Below are positions 36,560-45,832 of a DNA stretch of 48,378 nt, in pieces. Location: NCBI GenBank assembly GCA_964520295.1, contig CAZFMQ010000002.1, positions 1 through 48,378 on the forward strand, in the 5' to 3' direction. This stretch comes from an uncultured Candidatus Saccharibacteria bacterium. GTDB lineage: Bacteria; Patescibacteriota; Minisyncoccia; Phycocordibacterales; EsbW-18. The notes below the pieces were generated by a model. That model did not search any database. It was not told where the DNA came from and worked only from the letters and a program-made list of their open reading frames with translations. The translations under genes and the position numbers were made by a program. How positions within the stretch are numbered: the stretch's first letter is position 1; each line of letters starts with the position of its first letter.

Positions 36560-36603
36560 CGGCCGTGGACTCTCGTTGAGAGCCCGCGGCCGCTTTTTTA
36601 TTT
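36560..36603 (+). terminator. Rho-independent terminator
   Basis: 15-bp stem CGGCCGTGGACTCTC/GAGAGCCCGCGGCCG (one mismatch) followed by C-TTTTTTATTT. Confidence 0.7.
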
Positions 36604-36615
36604 GAACAAAAGAAA

Positions 36616-37017
36616 CTAACGAGCTGTTGCAGGCAAGCTTTCGCACGCTACACCGTCTGAATCTCCGTCAAGATTATTAGTATCACCAGCAACACCACCT
36701 GCATTGTCAAAGAATGTCTGTGCCTCTGACTGTGTTGCAAAATCTTCACAGTTGTATTCATCGGTTGCTTTACCTGAACCGTCGGTTACCACATTTCCTT
36801 GCATATCACGCATAACTTTTGATTCAGACAATGATTCTCCCGAGAGCAATTTGCCAAGGTCAAAATCATTGTTTGTTGCTTCAAGGCCTAGCGCTCCAAG
36901 CAAAAGCACGATAATAACGCCCAGAATACCCTTCCCTACCTTTCGACTTTTTGATCCACTGTAATCAGTGGCTTTCGTGAGGACTTTTTTGAGTCCGTCT
37001 TGCATTTGTTCGTTCAT
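36616..37017 (-). CDS. Membrane-anchored Excalibur calcium-binding-domain protein
   Basis: [18 protein letters not shown]-terminus [17 protein letters not shown]...[15 protein letters not shown] matches the Excalibur motif. Confidence 0.75.
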   Translation of the reverse strand: MNEQMQDGLKKVLTKATDYSGSKSRKVGKGILGVIIVLLLGALGLEATNNDFDLGKLLSGESLSESKVMRDMQGNVVTDGSGKATDEYNCEDFATQSEAQTFFDNAGGVAGDTNNLDGDSDGVACESLPATAR

Positions 37018-37031
37018 AGTTTTTGTGTTAA

Positions 37032-37112
37032 TTACATCGTGAAGTACAAGTACCCAGCGATGACAAGTAGTACGATAATGACTGCCAGTCGTACTTTTTT
37101 ATTTTTGAACAT
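37032..37112 (-). CDS. Possible 26-aa hydrophobic micro-ORF upstream of the Excalibur gene
   Basis: ATG 37112 to TAA 37032-37034, peptide [36 protein letters not shown] -10-like element lies about 35 nt upstream on the same strand. No homology evidence. Confidence 0.25.
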   Translation of the reverse strand: MFKNKKVRLAVIIVLLVIAGYLYFTM

Positions 37113-37213
37113 ATACGTAAAAATACTATGGATAACGTAGCCATTGGCCACTTGTATTGTAGTATAGCACCTGCTGATGATGGCTCACTCTTTTTGTGTT
37201 GAAAACAAGGTAA

Positions 37214-38158
37214 CTAGAGAATACCCATTTTGTGTCGCACTTCATGCATCTTTTCTTGTGCACGAGCCCGTGCTTTGCGCCCCCCATCGCGCAACACCTC
37301 GTGTACATACGCATCATCTTGTGCAATCTCTGCACGACGTTGTCGTAGTGGTGCAATAAACGCATCAATATCTTCTATGAGCGCCTCTTTCAGTATTTTG
37401 TATTTACCTGCATGCCCTGCATACAGTGTCGCCAGCTCTTCTTTTGATTTGAACAATGTATGGAGTGCGTAGACATTTTTTGGAATATCTCCCGATGAGT
37501 CAGTCACAATACTCATGACCGCTTTTTGGATTTCTTCACGTGTGGCAAAGAGCGGAATAGTATTGTTATAACTCTTACTCATTTTTTGTCCATCAGTACC
37601 CGGCACTGTTGCAACGGTTTCTGTAATGAGTGGCTCGGGAAGTGTGAAGGTTTCGCCAAACGCATTATTGAACTTAAGTGCAATGTCACGCGCGTATTCT
37701 AAGTGCTGTTTTTGATCTTGTCCGACAGGTACGACATCGGCACTCAATAAGAGAATATCTGCCGTCATGAGCACCGGATAATCAAACAGTGCAACAGTCG
37801 CCTCTTCATTTTTTGCTGTTTTGTCTTTATACGCATGCGCCCGTGACAAAAATGGCACAGTTACCAGTGTGTTGAACATCCACGTGAGCTCCGTCACTTC
37901 AGGCACATGTGATTGCAAATATAGCGTCGTGCGCGTTGGATCAAGCCCCACTGCCAAGTAATCGCGCACGATATTAAGCGTATCCTCCTCTAACTGTTGT
38001 TTATTCTGCACTGTGGTGAGTGCGTGATAGTTTGCGACGAATACAAAGTTTTCGTAACGGTCTTGCAAATCCACAAACTGCTTAAGCGCGCCAAAATAAT
38101 TGCCGATATGCAATGTGCCTGTTGGTTTGATACCTGATACGAGAATCTTCGTGCGCAT
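37214..38158 (-). CDS. trpS: Tryptophan--tRNA ligase
   Basis: GIKPTGTLHIGNYFGA (HIGH) and KMSKS. Confidence 0.95.
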   Translation of the reverse strand: MRTKILVSGIKPTGTLHIGNYFGALKQFVDLQDRYENFVFVANYHALTTVQNKQQLEEDTLNIVRDYLAVGLDPTRTTLYLQSHVPEVTELTWMFNTLVTVPFLSRAHAYKDKTAKNEEATVALFDYPVLMTADILLLSADVVPVGQDQKQHLEYARDIALKFNNAFGETFTLPEPLITETVATVPGTDGQKMSKSYNNTIPLFATREEIQKAVMSIVTDSSGDIPKNVYALHTLFKSKEELATLYAGHAGKYKILKEALIEDIDAFIAPLRQRRAEIAQDDAYVHEVLRDGGRKARARAQEKMHEVRHKMGIL

Positions 38159-38161
38159 ATG

Positions 38162-39472
38162 TTACTGTCGTTGTGCAATATACGTAGAGAGATCGGCAAT
38201 AGCGACACGCTCTTGTTGCATGGTATCTCGATCGCGTACCGTAACGGTGTTGTGCTCTAGCGTATCGTAATCCACGGTAATGCAGAGTGGTGTGCCGATT
38301 TCATCTTGTCGGCGGTAGCGTTTACCAATAGAACCGCTTTCATCATACATCGTGCGCACATTATCTTTTTTGAGTGTACGCGTAATCTCTCGTGCTGTAT
38401 CTGCCAATCCATCTTTTTTCATCAAAGGAAGTACGGCAACTTGTATTGGTGCAACAGAGGGTTTGAATCGCAACACAACACGCGTCTCCCCCTCCACGTC
38501 CTCCTCATCATACGCATCGGTAAGTACTGCAAGCACCGTTCTATCAACACCAAGTGATGGTTCAATGACGTGTGGCACAAAGCGCTCTTTCTTTTCTTCA
38601 TCAAAGTATGACAAATCAACGCCAGAGTGTTGTGCGTGTGCAGATAGATCGTAATCAGTGCGATAGGCTAGTCCATATAATTCACTGCGACCAAATGGAT
38701 AGTCGAATTCAAAATCAATAGTGCGCTTTGAGTAAAATGCTCTATCCTCCTCTGCAATTTCTTGCTCATACACGTGATCTGCATGCAGTCCAATATCACG
38801 CATCCATTCGTGCATAACGCCACGCCACTCTTCGAATGCCCGTTCCCAGTCCTCGGGGCGTACGAAGTATTCAACCTCCATTTGCTCAAATTCACGCGAG
38901 CGGAATATAAAATCACGCGGTGCAATTTCATTACGAAATGCCTTACCAATTTGTGCCAAGCCAAATGGTAATTTTGGGTGGAAGGTATCCAGCACATTTT
39001 TGAAGTTTACAAACATACCACCTGCTGTTTCTGGACGCAGATATGAAATAGAGGTGCCATCTTCTGCTGCACCGATGTTCGTTTGGAACATCATATTGAA
39101 TTGGCGAGCAGCAGATAATGCCCCACCACATGCAGGACATGTTGTGTGATCCTCTAATTGGTCTGCACGAAATCGGCGTTTACATTTTGTACATTCAGTC
39201 AACGGATCAGAAAATCCTGATACGTGCCCTGACGCCTCCCACACCTTCGGGTTCATAAGAATTGCCGCATGTACGCCATACATGTCGTCACGGTCGGTTA
39301 CAAATCGTTTCCACCAGAGTGTTTTGATATTGTGTTTGAGTTCAGCACCAAGCGGACCGTAATCCCACGTGCCCGCTAGTCCACCATAGATTTCAGAACC
39401 TTGAAAAATAAAACCTCGCCGTTTGCACAACGAGATTATCTTTTCCATGTTGTCGCTCCCCTCTTTTGCCAT
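38162..39472 (-). CDS. glyQS: Glycine--tRNA ligase (dimeric alpha2 type)
   Basis: CKRRGFIFQGSEIYGG and the class II core. TGcTATGAT -10 lies 6 nt before ATG 39472. Alternative start 39448 has a GAGGGGA SD. Confidence 0.93.
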   Translation of the reverse strand: MAKEGSDNMEKIISLCKRRGFIFQGSEIYGGLAGTWDYGPLGAELKHNIKTLWWKRFVTDRDDMYGVHAAILMNPKVWEASGHVSGFSDPLTECTKCKRRFRADQLEDHTTCPACGGALSAARQFNMMFQTNIGAAEDGTSISYLRPETAGGMFVNFKNVLDTFHPKLPFGLAQIGKAFRNEIAPRDFIFRSREFEQMEVEYFVRPEDWERAFEEWRGVMHEWMRDIGLHADHVYEQEIAEEDRAFYSKRTIDFEFDYPFGRSELYGLAYRTDYDLSAHAQHSGVDLSYFDEEKKERFVPHVIEPSLGVDRTVLAVLTDAYDEEDVEGETRVVLRFKPSVAPIQVAVLPLMKKDGLADTAREITRTLKKDNVRTMYDESGSIGKRYRRQDEIGTPLCITVDYDTLEHNTVTVRDRDTMQQERVAIADLSTYIAQRQ

Positions 39473-39516
39473 ACAGGCATCATAGCATTTTTTCGCGCGG
39501 AGAGGGAGCCACGATC

Positions 39517-40581
39517 CTATAAACCCTCTTTTTTGAGTTCTTCAATGAGCTCTTCTGCGCGCTTAGAAAGTCGTTCTGGCATCGCAAACACGATGCGCAC
39601 TAATATACCACCTCGCTTAGTACCTGTAAGCGGTATGCCCTTATCCTTGATGCGAATAATATCATTTGGTTTTGTACCACGTGGGATTTCGAGCTGTACC
39701 ATACCATCAAGTGTTTCAATCGGAAGCTTCGCTCCAGTGAGTGCATCTGAAATTTTTATAGGAAGCGTCATGACCAAATCGCCACCCTCTTTGCGGAACA
39801 CAGGGTGTGGCGTAACATGTACTTTGACGTATAAATCACCCGACGTACCATTCTGAATTGCTTCTCCTTCCCCGGTAAGGCGAATCATTTCTCCGTTTTC
39901 AATACCTGGGGGAATAACAATGCGCACTTCTTGCTCTTGTTTGCTAATACCATTACCTCGACAGGTGGTGCATTTTTCTTTTGGTACTTCCCCGCGCCCA
40001 AAACAAGCGGTGCACGTCACCACTGTTGCAAATGTGCCGAAGAGTGATGATTTTGTCTCTCGCACCTTTCCTTTCCCATCGCACGTCGTACACTGCGTCA
40101 TACTACTGCCAGGTTTTGCACCGCTTCCTTTACAGGTTGCACAGGGCGCGTTTTTACTGATGAGTACCTTTCGTTCTATGCCGAATACGGACTCTTTGAA
40201 GGTCAGTTCTACGTCAATGGAAATATCACGTCCACGTCGCGTTCGTCCGCGTCCTCCTCCACCGAATATATCGCCAAAAATATCACCGAGATCAAATTGG
40301 AATCCGCCGGCATTGGTGAATTGTGAAAAATCAAATCCTTCAAAGCCCGAAAAACCTCCTTGTCCACCAGCACCGAAGGTTCTGCCATACGTATCGTACT
40401 CGGAGCGTTTCTGATCATCCGAAAGAACGGAGTATGCTTCGTTTATCTCTTTGAACTTTGCTTCATCACCTCCCTTTTTATCAGGGTGATATTTATGTGC
40501 GAGTGTGCGGAACGCCTTTTTGATATCGTCTTTTGATGCGCCCCGCTCAATACCAAGAATATCGTAATAGTTTTTTGACAT
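39517..40581 (-). CDS. dnaJ: Molecular chaperone DnaJ
   Basis: J domain with HPD (AHKYHPDKK), G/F region, four CxxCxGxG repeats. Confidence 0.95.
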   Translation of the reverse strand: MSKNYYDILGIERGASKDDIKKAFRTLAHKYHPDKKGGDEAKFKEINEAYSVLSDDQKRSEYDTYGRTFGAGGQGGFSGFEGFDFSQFTNAGGFQFDLGDIFGDIFGGGGRGRTRRGRDISIDVELTFKESVFGIERKVLISKNAPCATCKGSGAKPGSSMTQCTTCDGKGKVRETKSSLFGTFATVVTCTACFGRGEVPKEKCTTCRGNGISKQEQEVRIVIPPGIENGEMIRLTGEGEAIQNGTSGDLYVKVHVTPHPVFRKEGGDLVMTLPIKISDALTGAKLPIETLDGMVQLEIPRGTKPNDIIRIKDKGIPLTGTKRGGILVRIVFAMPERLSKRAEELIEELKKEGL

Positions 40582-40583
40582 TG

Positions 40584-42431
40584 TTATGACTGTGGTTGCT
40601 CACCTGTGGCGTCTTCCGGTGGCTTTTGTGCATCTTGTTGCATGTGCTGACCAATTTTCTGCATTTCACTAGAGAGCGTTTGAATTGCGGTGTTGATTGC
40701 GCCAACATCCTCTCCATCTTTTGTATTCTTGAGCTCAGTAATTTTTGTACGAATTGTTTCAGTCATGTCTGCAGGCACCTTATCACCGGCGTCAGCCAGT
40801 GCTTTTTCTGCAATGGTGATAGTTTGTTCGGCGAGGTTGCGCGCATCGGCAAGCTCTTTCTTTTTCTTGTCTTCCTCTGCATGTTTTTCCGCATCCTGCT
40901 TCATGCGATTGATATCATCATCAGAGAGTGTAGAGCTCCCTTCAATCTTGATTGATTGTTCGGTGCCTGATGTTTTGTCCTTTGCCTTCACTGTCAAAAT
41001 ACCGTTTGCATCCAAATCAAACGATACTTCTACTTGTGGCGTGCCACGTGGTGCTGGTGGAATACCATCGAGAATAAAGCGACCAAGCGAGCGGTTATCA
41101 ATTGCCATTGGACGCTCACCCTGCACAACGTGAATCTCTACTGATGTTTGATTGTCAGCCGCAGTGGAGAAGGTTTGTGATTTTGACGCAGGAATAGTTG
41201 TGTTTTTATCAATGAGTTTTGTCGCAACACCACCGAGTGTTTCAAGTCCGAGCGAGAGTGGGGTGACATCAAGTAAGAGCACATCACGTACATCTCCTTG
41301 CAAGATACCTGCCTGAATGGCGGCACCAAAAGCAACCACTTCATCAGGGTTGATAGAACGGTTTGGTTCTTTGCCGAAAAACTCTTTTACCGCATTTTGA
41401 ATTGCCGGCATGCGTGTTTGCCCACCTACCAATACAATTTCATCAATATCTTCTTTTTTGAATGGAGAATCTTCAATGACCTGCTTGGTGATGGTCATCG
41501 CGCGTTCAATAAACTCGCGGGTGATTTCTTCCAACTTTGCGCGCGTAATTTTCACCAGTAAGTGGCGTGGTCCAGATGAGTCTGACGCAATAAACGGAAT
41601 GTTGATTTCAGTTTCAGTAGTTGTTGAGAGTTCGTGCTTTGCTTTTTCTGCTGCCTCGTCTAAACGCTGCAGTGCAAGCGGGTCTTGCGAGATATCCAAC
41701 CCCGACTCTTTTTTGAACTCTTCAAGGATGTGTTTGACGATACGCTGGTCAATATCGCGACCACCGAGGTGGCTGTCTCCACCGGTTGATTTTACCTCCA
41801 CAACATCATCTGCAACTTCAAGTACTGAGACGTCAAACGTACCACCACCGAAGTCAAAGACAACGATTTGTTCGTTCTTCTTTTTATTGAAACCGTACGC
41901 GAGTGCCGCGGCCGTCGGTTCATTGATGATGCGTTTTACATCCAAACCTGCAATTTTGCCGGCATCTTTTGTGGCTTTGCGTTGTGAGTCGTTGAAGTAT
42001 GCGGGCACTGTGATAACTGCCTCCGTGATTGTTTCCCCGAGCTTTGCCTCTGCATCTGCCTTTAATTTTGAAAGAATCATTGCTGAAATCTCTTCCGGAC
42101 GATATACCGTGTTGTTCATGGACACTGCCGCACCACCATCAGCACCACTCACAATCTCGTACGGTACAGAACCTTTCTCCTTCTGCATGCTTTGTTCGTC
42201 GGCACGGTGTCCCATGAGGCGCTTGATACCGTACACGGTGTTTTTTGGATTGGTTACGGCTTGTCGGCGTGCAAGAAGTCCTACAAGGCGATCACCGGTC
42301 TTGCTGATACCTACCACTGAAGGCGTTGTGCGGTTTCCTTCCGCGTTTTCAATGATGGTTGGTTCCCCACCAACGACATATGCCATCGCTGAGTTTGTTG
42401 TTCCAAGATCAATACCAAGAATTTTTGCCAT
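40584..42431 (-). CDS. dnaK: Molecular chaperone DnaK (Hsp70)
   Basis: [35 protein letters not shown] 42431 is preferred over the ORF-track 42467. Confidence 0.96.
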   Translation of the reverse strand: MAKILGIDLGTTNSAMAYVVGGEPTIIENAEGNRTTPSVVGISKTGDRLVGLLARRQAVTNPKNTVYGIKRLMGHRADEQSMQKEKGSVPYEIVSGADGGAAVSMNNTVYRPEEISAMILSKLKADAEAKLGETITEAVITVPAYFNDSQRKATKDAGKIAGLDVKRIINEPTAAALAYGFNKKKNEQIVVFDFGGGTFDVSVLEVADDVVEVKSTGGDSHLGGRDIDQRIVKHILEEFKKESGLDISQDPLALQRLDEAAEKAKHELSTTTETEINIPFIASDSSGPRHLLVKITRAKLEEITREFIERAMTITKQVIEDSPFKKEDIDEIVLVGGQTRMPAIQNAVKEFFGKEPNRSINPDEVVAFGAAIQAGILQGDVRDVLLLDVTPLSLGLETLGGVATKLIDKNTTIPASKSQTFSTAADNQTSVEIHVVQGERPMAIDNRSLGRFILDGIPPAPRGTPQVEVSFDLDANGILTVKAKDKTSGTEQSIKIEGSSTLSDDDINRMKQDAEKHAEEDKKKKELADARNLAEQTITIAEKALADAGDKVPADMTETIRTKITELKNTKDGEDVGAINTAIQTLSSEMQKIGQHMQQDAQKPPEDATGEQPQS

Positions 42432-42444
42432 ATAGTAGTGTAAA

Positions 42445-43017
42445 TTAACCGTGATAATGTCCAACAATAACTTTCGGTGCGCGAATCAGCTTATCATGTA
42501 ATGCATACCCACGCTGAATGACGTCCAAAATAATACCCTCACGTTCTGGACTGTCAACAGATCGTGTTTCTGCTGAGTCGTGCAGTGCAGGATCAAAGCA
42601 CTCATGAAGTGGTGACAGTTGCTGTACACCGTTTTCTTTCAACACCGAAAGTAGTTGTGCGTGGATGTATTCAACACCGCGCCGCCAATTTTCAGGTGCC
42701 TGGTGCCAGGTCTCCGTGTTGCGAAATGCCATATCAAAAGAATCCAGGACGGGGATGATCTGTGCGACGAGATCTTCAGTTGCGTATTTTACCTGTTGCG
42801 CGCGCTTTTCTTCTGTTTCTCGTTTAAAATTGATAAGATCCGCCTTTGCCCGTTGCCACCCATCAAGATATTCACTGGCCTGCGCACGTGCAGTCGCAAG
42901 TGCATCGCGCAAGGCGGTGGCATTTTTTGTTTTTAGTGTTGCAGTAGTATCCGATTCTTCTACAAGCTCCACATCATCTGCATCTTGTTGTTGTGTTTTT
43001 TTTCTTTTCATATGCAT
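42445..43017 (-). CDS. grpE: Nucleotide exchange factor GrpE
   Basis: Acidic N-terminus, a coiled coil ([18 protein letters not shown]), and a C-terminal beta domain ([14 protein letters not shown]-like). Start 43017 or 43011. Confidence 0.88.
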   Translation of the reverse strand: MHMKRKKTQQQDADDVELVEESDTTATLKTKNATALRDALATARAQASEYLDGWQRAKADLINFKRETEEKRAQQVKYATEDLVAQIIPVLDSFDMAFRNTETWHQAPENWRRGVEYIHAQLLSVLKENGVQQLSPLHECFDPALHDSAETRSVDSPEREGIILDVIQRGYALHDKLIRAPKVIVGHYHG

Positions 43018-43079
43018 AGAGAAAACGGTACGTCGGATACACGTAAGGACAATCGGAAGTGTACGCCGACACGAGTAAA

Positions 43080-43484
43080 CTAACGCTTGCTCCACTGAGG
43101 CGCACGTCGCGCTTTTCTGAGACCGAACTTCTTACGCTCAACAATACGTGCATCTCGCCTAAGAAAACCTGCGGCTTTTAGCGCTGCACGATGTGCGAGA
43201 TCAAACTTGAGCAATGCACGTGCAATACCAAGCCGGATTGCTTCTGCTTGTGCACGAATACCACCACCACGAACATGTGCAGTTACGTGTGCTTCGTTGA
43301 TACCTGCAGTGGTGAGTGCGTCAATAGCGGTGTGCTGTAAATCTTGTGTATTGAAAAAATCAGTGTGTGCTCGATCATTGACGGTAACCTGATTGCCACG
43401 GTGGCCAAGGGTAACACGTACACGTGCCACTGCTTCTTTACGGCGTCCAATGCCTTCGTTGTATGTCTTAAGTGCGGTAGTCAT
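43080..43484 (-). CDS. rpsI: 30S ribosomal protein S9
   Basis: GRRKEAVARV ... GGGIRAQAEAIRLGIARAL ... RKKFGLRKARRAPQWSKR. Confidence 0.95.
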   Translation of the reverse strand: MTTALKTYNEGIGRRKEAVARVRVTLGHRGNQVTVNDRAHTDFFNTQDLQHTAIDALTTAGINEAHVTAHVRGGGIRAQAEAIRLGIARALLKFDLAHRAALKAAGFLRRDARIVERKKFGLRKARRAPQWSKR

Positions 43485-43488
43485 GGTG

Positions 43489-43830
43489 TTATGCGTTGAT
43501 AGTTAGTCGTTTCATCATGCGTGCGCGTAGCTTGTTTGCGGGCAACATACCGTATACAGCTCGGCGGAGTGCTTCTTGCATACCCTTCTTCTCCACAACA
43601 CGTTCCATGGTGCGTCGTTTAAATCCACCAATGTAACCAGAGTGGCTTGTGTATGTCTTTGTGCGCAACTTCTTGGCAGTGACATCAAGCTTGCTCGCGT
43701 TGACAACGGTCACGTCACGCTTTGGGTCAACGTTGCGTGCAAATGCAACACTGTCTTTACCGCGGAGCGCCTTCACCACTTCGGTTGCAACACGTCCCAT
43801 TTTTTTGTTTTGTGCGTCAATCGTAATCAT
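43489..43830 (-). CDS. rplM: 50S ribosomal protein L13 (short N-terminus)
   Basis: IDAQNKKMGRVATEVVKALRGKD ... GMLPANKL. ATG 43830 lies 4 nt after the rplQ stop. The TTG at 43848 would overlap rplQ. Confidence 0.88.
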   Translation of the reverse strand: MITIDAQNKKMGRVATEVVKALRGKDSVAFARNVDPKRDVTVVNASKLDVTAKKLRTKTYTSHSGYIGGFKRRTMERVVEKKGMQEALRRAVYGMLPANKLRARMMKRLTINA

Positions 43831-43834
43831 ATGT

Positions 43835-44191
43835 TTATACAAACTCAATCATTGCCAATGGTGCGCCATCGCTTGCACGCTGACCAAGTTTGGTAATGCG
43901 TGTGTAGCCACCTGCACGTTCCTTAAACTTCGGTGCAAGCGTATCAATCAACTTCTGCACTGGTTCGTGATCAGTTGATGCAAGTGAGGCGATAAGGGCG
44001 CGACGATTTGCAAGTGTTGGGTTCTTTGCTTTCGTAACAAGTTTCTCTACCACAGGACGAATTTCCTTTGCACGCGCCTCTGTCGTTTTAATTTTCTCCT
44101 GGAGAATGAGCTCACGCGCAAGAGAGCGAAGGAGCGCTGTGCGTTGTCCCCGTTCTCGTCCAAATTTTCTGTTTGCGTTGTGATGTCTCAT
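43835..44191 (-). CDS. rplQ: 50S ribosomal protein L17
   Basis: MRHHNANRKFGRERGQRTALLRSLA... Confidence 0.95.
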   Translation of the reverse strand: MRHHNANRKFGRERGQRTALLRSLARELILQEKIKTTEARAKEIRPVVEKLVTKAKNPTLANRRALIASLASTDHEPVQKLIDTLAPKFKERAGGYTRITKLGQRASDGAPLAMIEFV

Positions 44192-44209
44192 AGTGTTTCG
44201 TTGTACGAT

Positions 44210-45184
44210 CTACTGGCGCAAGATAATACCATAGTTTGCCAATGCACGGCGAATTTCTTGCAGACCCTTCTCTCCTAGCCCTTCCAAGTCAAGCAAGTCA
44301 CTCTCACGCTTGCGTACCAAACCACCAACTGTGCGGATATTTGCTTCTGACAATGCATTTTCGGTACGTGTTGAAAGGCCGAGTGATTCAATGCGTGTCT
44401 TCAAGAATTCTTTCGCATCTTCACCTTCTGGTACCTCTGCTTCTGGTGCAGATTCTTCTCCACGCACTTCTTTCACTACTGCTTCCTCAAAGCTTTCCTC
44501 TTGAAAACCGACAACGGCTTTCAATTGGTGAATCATTGTTGCAATTGAGCGCTCCAACACTTCGCGTGGTGTAATGGTGCCATCGGTTTCAATCATAACC
44601 TTTAAGCGGTTGAAGTCTGTACGATCGTCAACACGCATATTTTCTACTTCATATGATGCGCGGCGGATTGGGGTGAAGACCGCATCCAATACAATAGAGC
44701 CGATTGCGACGCGCTCCTTTTGTACGTTTTCTTTTGGCACATAGCCGAGACCTTTCTCCACCACCATTTCTACCTCAATGTCTTTTTTGCCGGTAACTTC
44801 GGCGATGTACAAATCAGGGTTGAGAATTTGCATCTGGCCAGGAACCTTAATGTCTCCTGCAGTGACTTTCTTTGGTCCCTTCATAGAAAGCGTGACGGTT
44901 TGTGGCTCGTCGGCAATCATTTGGAAGCGCACCTGGCGGAGATTCAACAACAGCGTGATGACATCCTCTTTGACGCCCTCAATAGTTGAAAATTCGTGTG
45001 GCACACCCTCAATCTTCACCGAGGTGATTGCCGCACCTGGAATTGAAGAAAGAATGATGCGACGGAGTGAGTTACCCAATGTGTGGCCGTAGCCAGGGTA
45101 CAATCCGTCAATTTGATAAATGCCGGTCGCATCCTTTTCAAGGACAACTTTCGGCTGTGATGGCAAATGAATCGCGTATTCCAT
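44210..45184 (-). CDS. rpoA: DNA-directed RNA polymerase subunit alpha
   Basis: GYGHTLGNSLRRILLSSIPG-like N-terminal domain, and a C-terminal domain with LGLSTRTENAL. Confidence 0.96.
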   Translation of the reverse strand: MEYAIHLPSQPKVVLEKDATGIYQIDGLYPGYGHTLGNSLRRIILSSIPGAAITSVKIEGVPHEFSTIEGVKEDVITLLLNLRQVRFQMIADEPQTVTLSMKGPKKVTAGDIKVPGQMQILNPDLYIAEVTGKKDIEVEMVVEKGLGYVPKENVQKERVAIGSIVLDAVFTPIRRASYEVENMRVDDRTDFNRLKVMIETDGTITPREVLERSIATMIHQLKAVVGFQEESFEEAVVKEVRGEESAPEAEVPEGEDAKEFLKTRIESLGLSTRTENALSEANIRTVGGLVRKRESDLLDLEGLGEKGLQEIRRALANYGIILRQ

Positions 45185-45206
45185 AACTCAATCTTTAAAA
45201 AAGCGA

Positions 45207-45824
45207 TTAACGTGAATAAAATTCTACAATCGACGTAAAATTGAAAGCTGACTGCATCTCTTCAGCACGTGGGGTGCCAGCGACCTTCCACGCATTCTTC
45301 GCATCATCAAACGTAATCCATGCAGGCAATGCAATTGCTACTTCCTTCTTCTCTCCATCTTTCTGGAATGGGCGCAAGCCCTTGCTACCCTCACGTACTG
45401 CAACAACATCTCCTTCGTGCACCATGTGTGATGGTACGCGAATTTTCTTGCCATTGACGGTGATGTGGCCATGCGAAACCATCTGGCGTGCTGCACGGTG
45501 TGTTGGTGCAAGACCTGCGCGGAACACCACGTTATCCAAACGGCGTTCAAGCGTTGCAAAGAGTGTTGCAGATGGATCGCCTGGGCGTGCTGCTGATTCT
45601 TTTACATAACGAGAAAACTGACGCTCTGAAACACCATAGTAAAAACGTACACGCTGTTTATCGCGCAGTGCGATGTTGTACGCAGAAATGTTGCGACGAT
45701 GTTTGTCTTTGCTCTGTGCTTTCTTTTTTCGTGCCTCTGAGAGCGCAAAACGTTCTGTTTGTGTTTGTTCAAACACAGCAGGACCAAGGCGACGAGCAAT
45801 TTTGAATCGTTTAGGACGTTGCAT
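45207..45824 (-). CDS. rpsD: 30S ribosomal protein S4
   Basis: An S4 N-terminal region plus the S4 RNA-binding domain (RLDNVVFRAGLAPTHRAARQMVSHGHITVNG). Confidence 0.95.
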   Translation of the reverse strand: MQRPKRFKIARRLGPAVFEQTQTERFALSEARKKKAQSKDKHRRNISAYNIALRDKQRVRFYYGVSERQFSRYVKESAARPGDPSATLFATLERRLDNVVFRAGLAPTHRAARQMVSHGHITVNGKKIRVPSHMVHEGDVVAVREGSKGLRPFQKDGEKKEVAIALPAWITFDDAKNAWKVAGTPRAEEMQSAFNFTSIVEFYSR

Positions 45825-45832
45825 AGAAATAA

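Noticed and set aside
36561-36568. 8-nt complementarity between the 14-kb RNA (CCACGGCC, 14038-14045) and the ClpP-like cassette terminator (GGCCGTGG)
   Set aside because: The match does not extend on either side and is within chance expectation given how many comparisons I made. It lies in a terminator stem rather than a translation-initiation region.
21745-39516. T-box leaders upstream of the aminoacyl-tRNA synthetase genes (cysS, gltX, aspS, trpS, glyQS)
   Set aside because: The upstream gaps are 0-50 nt, far too short for a T-box (about 200 nt), and no specifier or T-box sequence was seen.
41410-42435. 341-aa ORF antisense to dnaK, and similar long antisense ORFs such as 23361-24080 opposite the S41 peptidase
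   Set aside because: They are Ser/Arg/Pro-rich, low-complexity shadow ORFs opposite strongly supported genes, with no start context.
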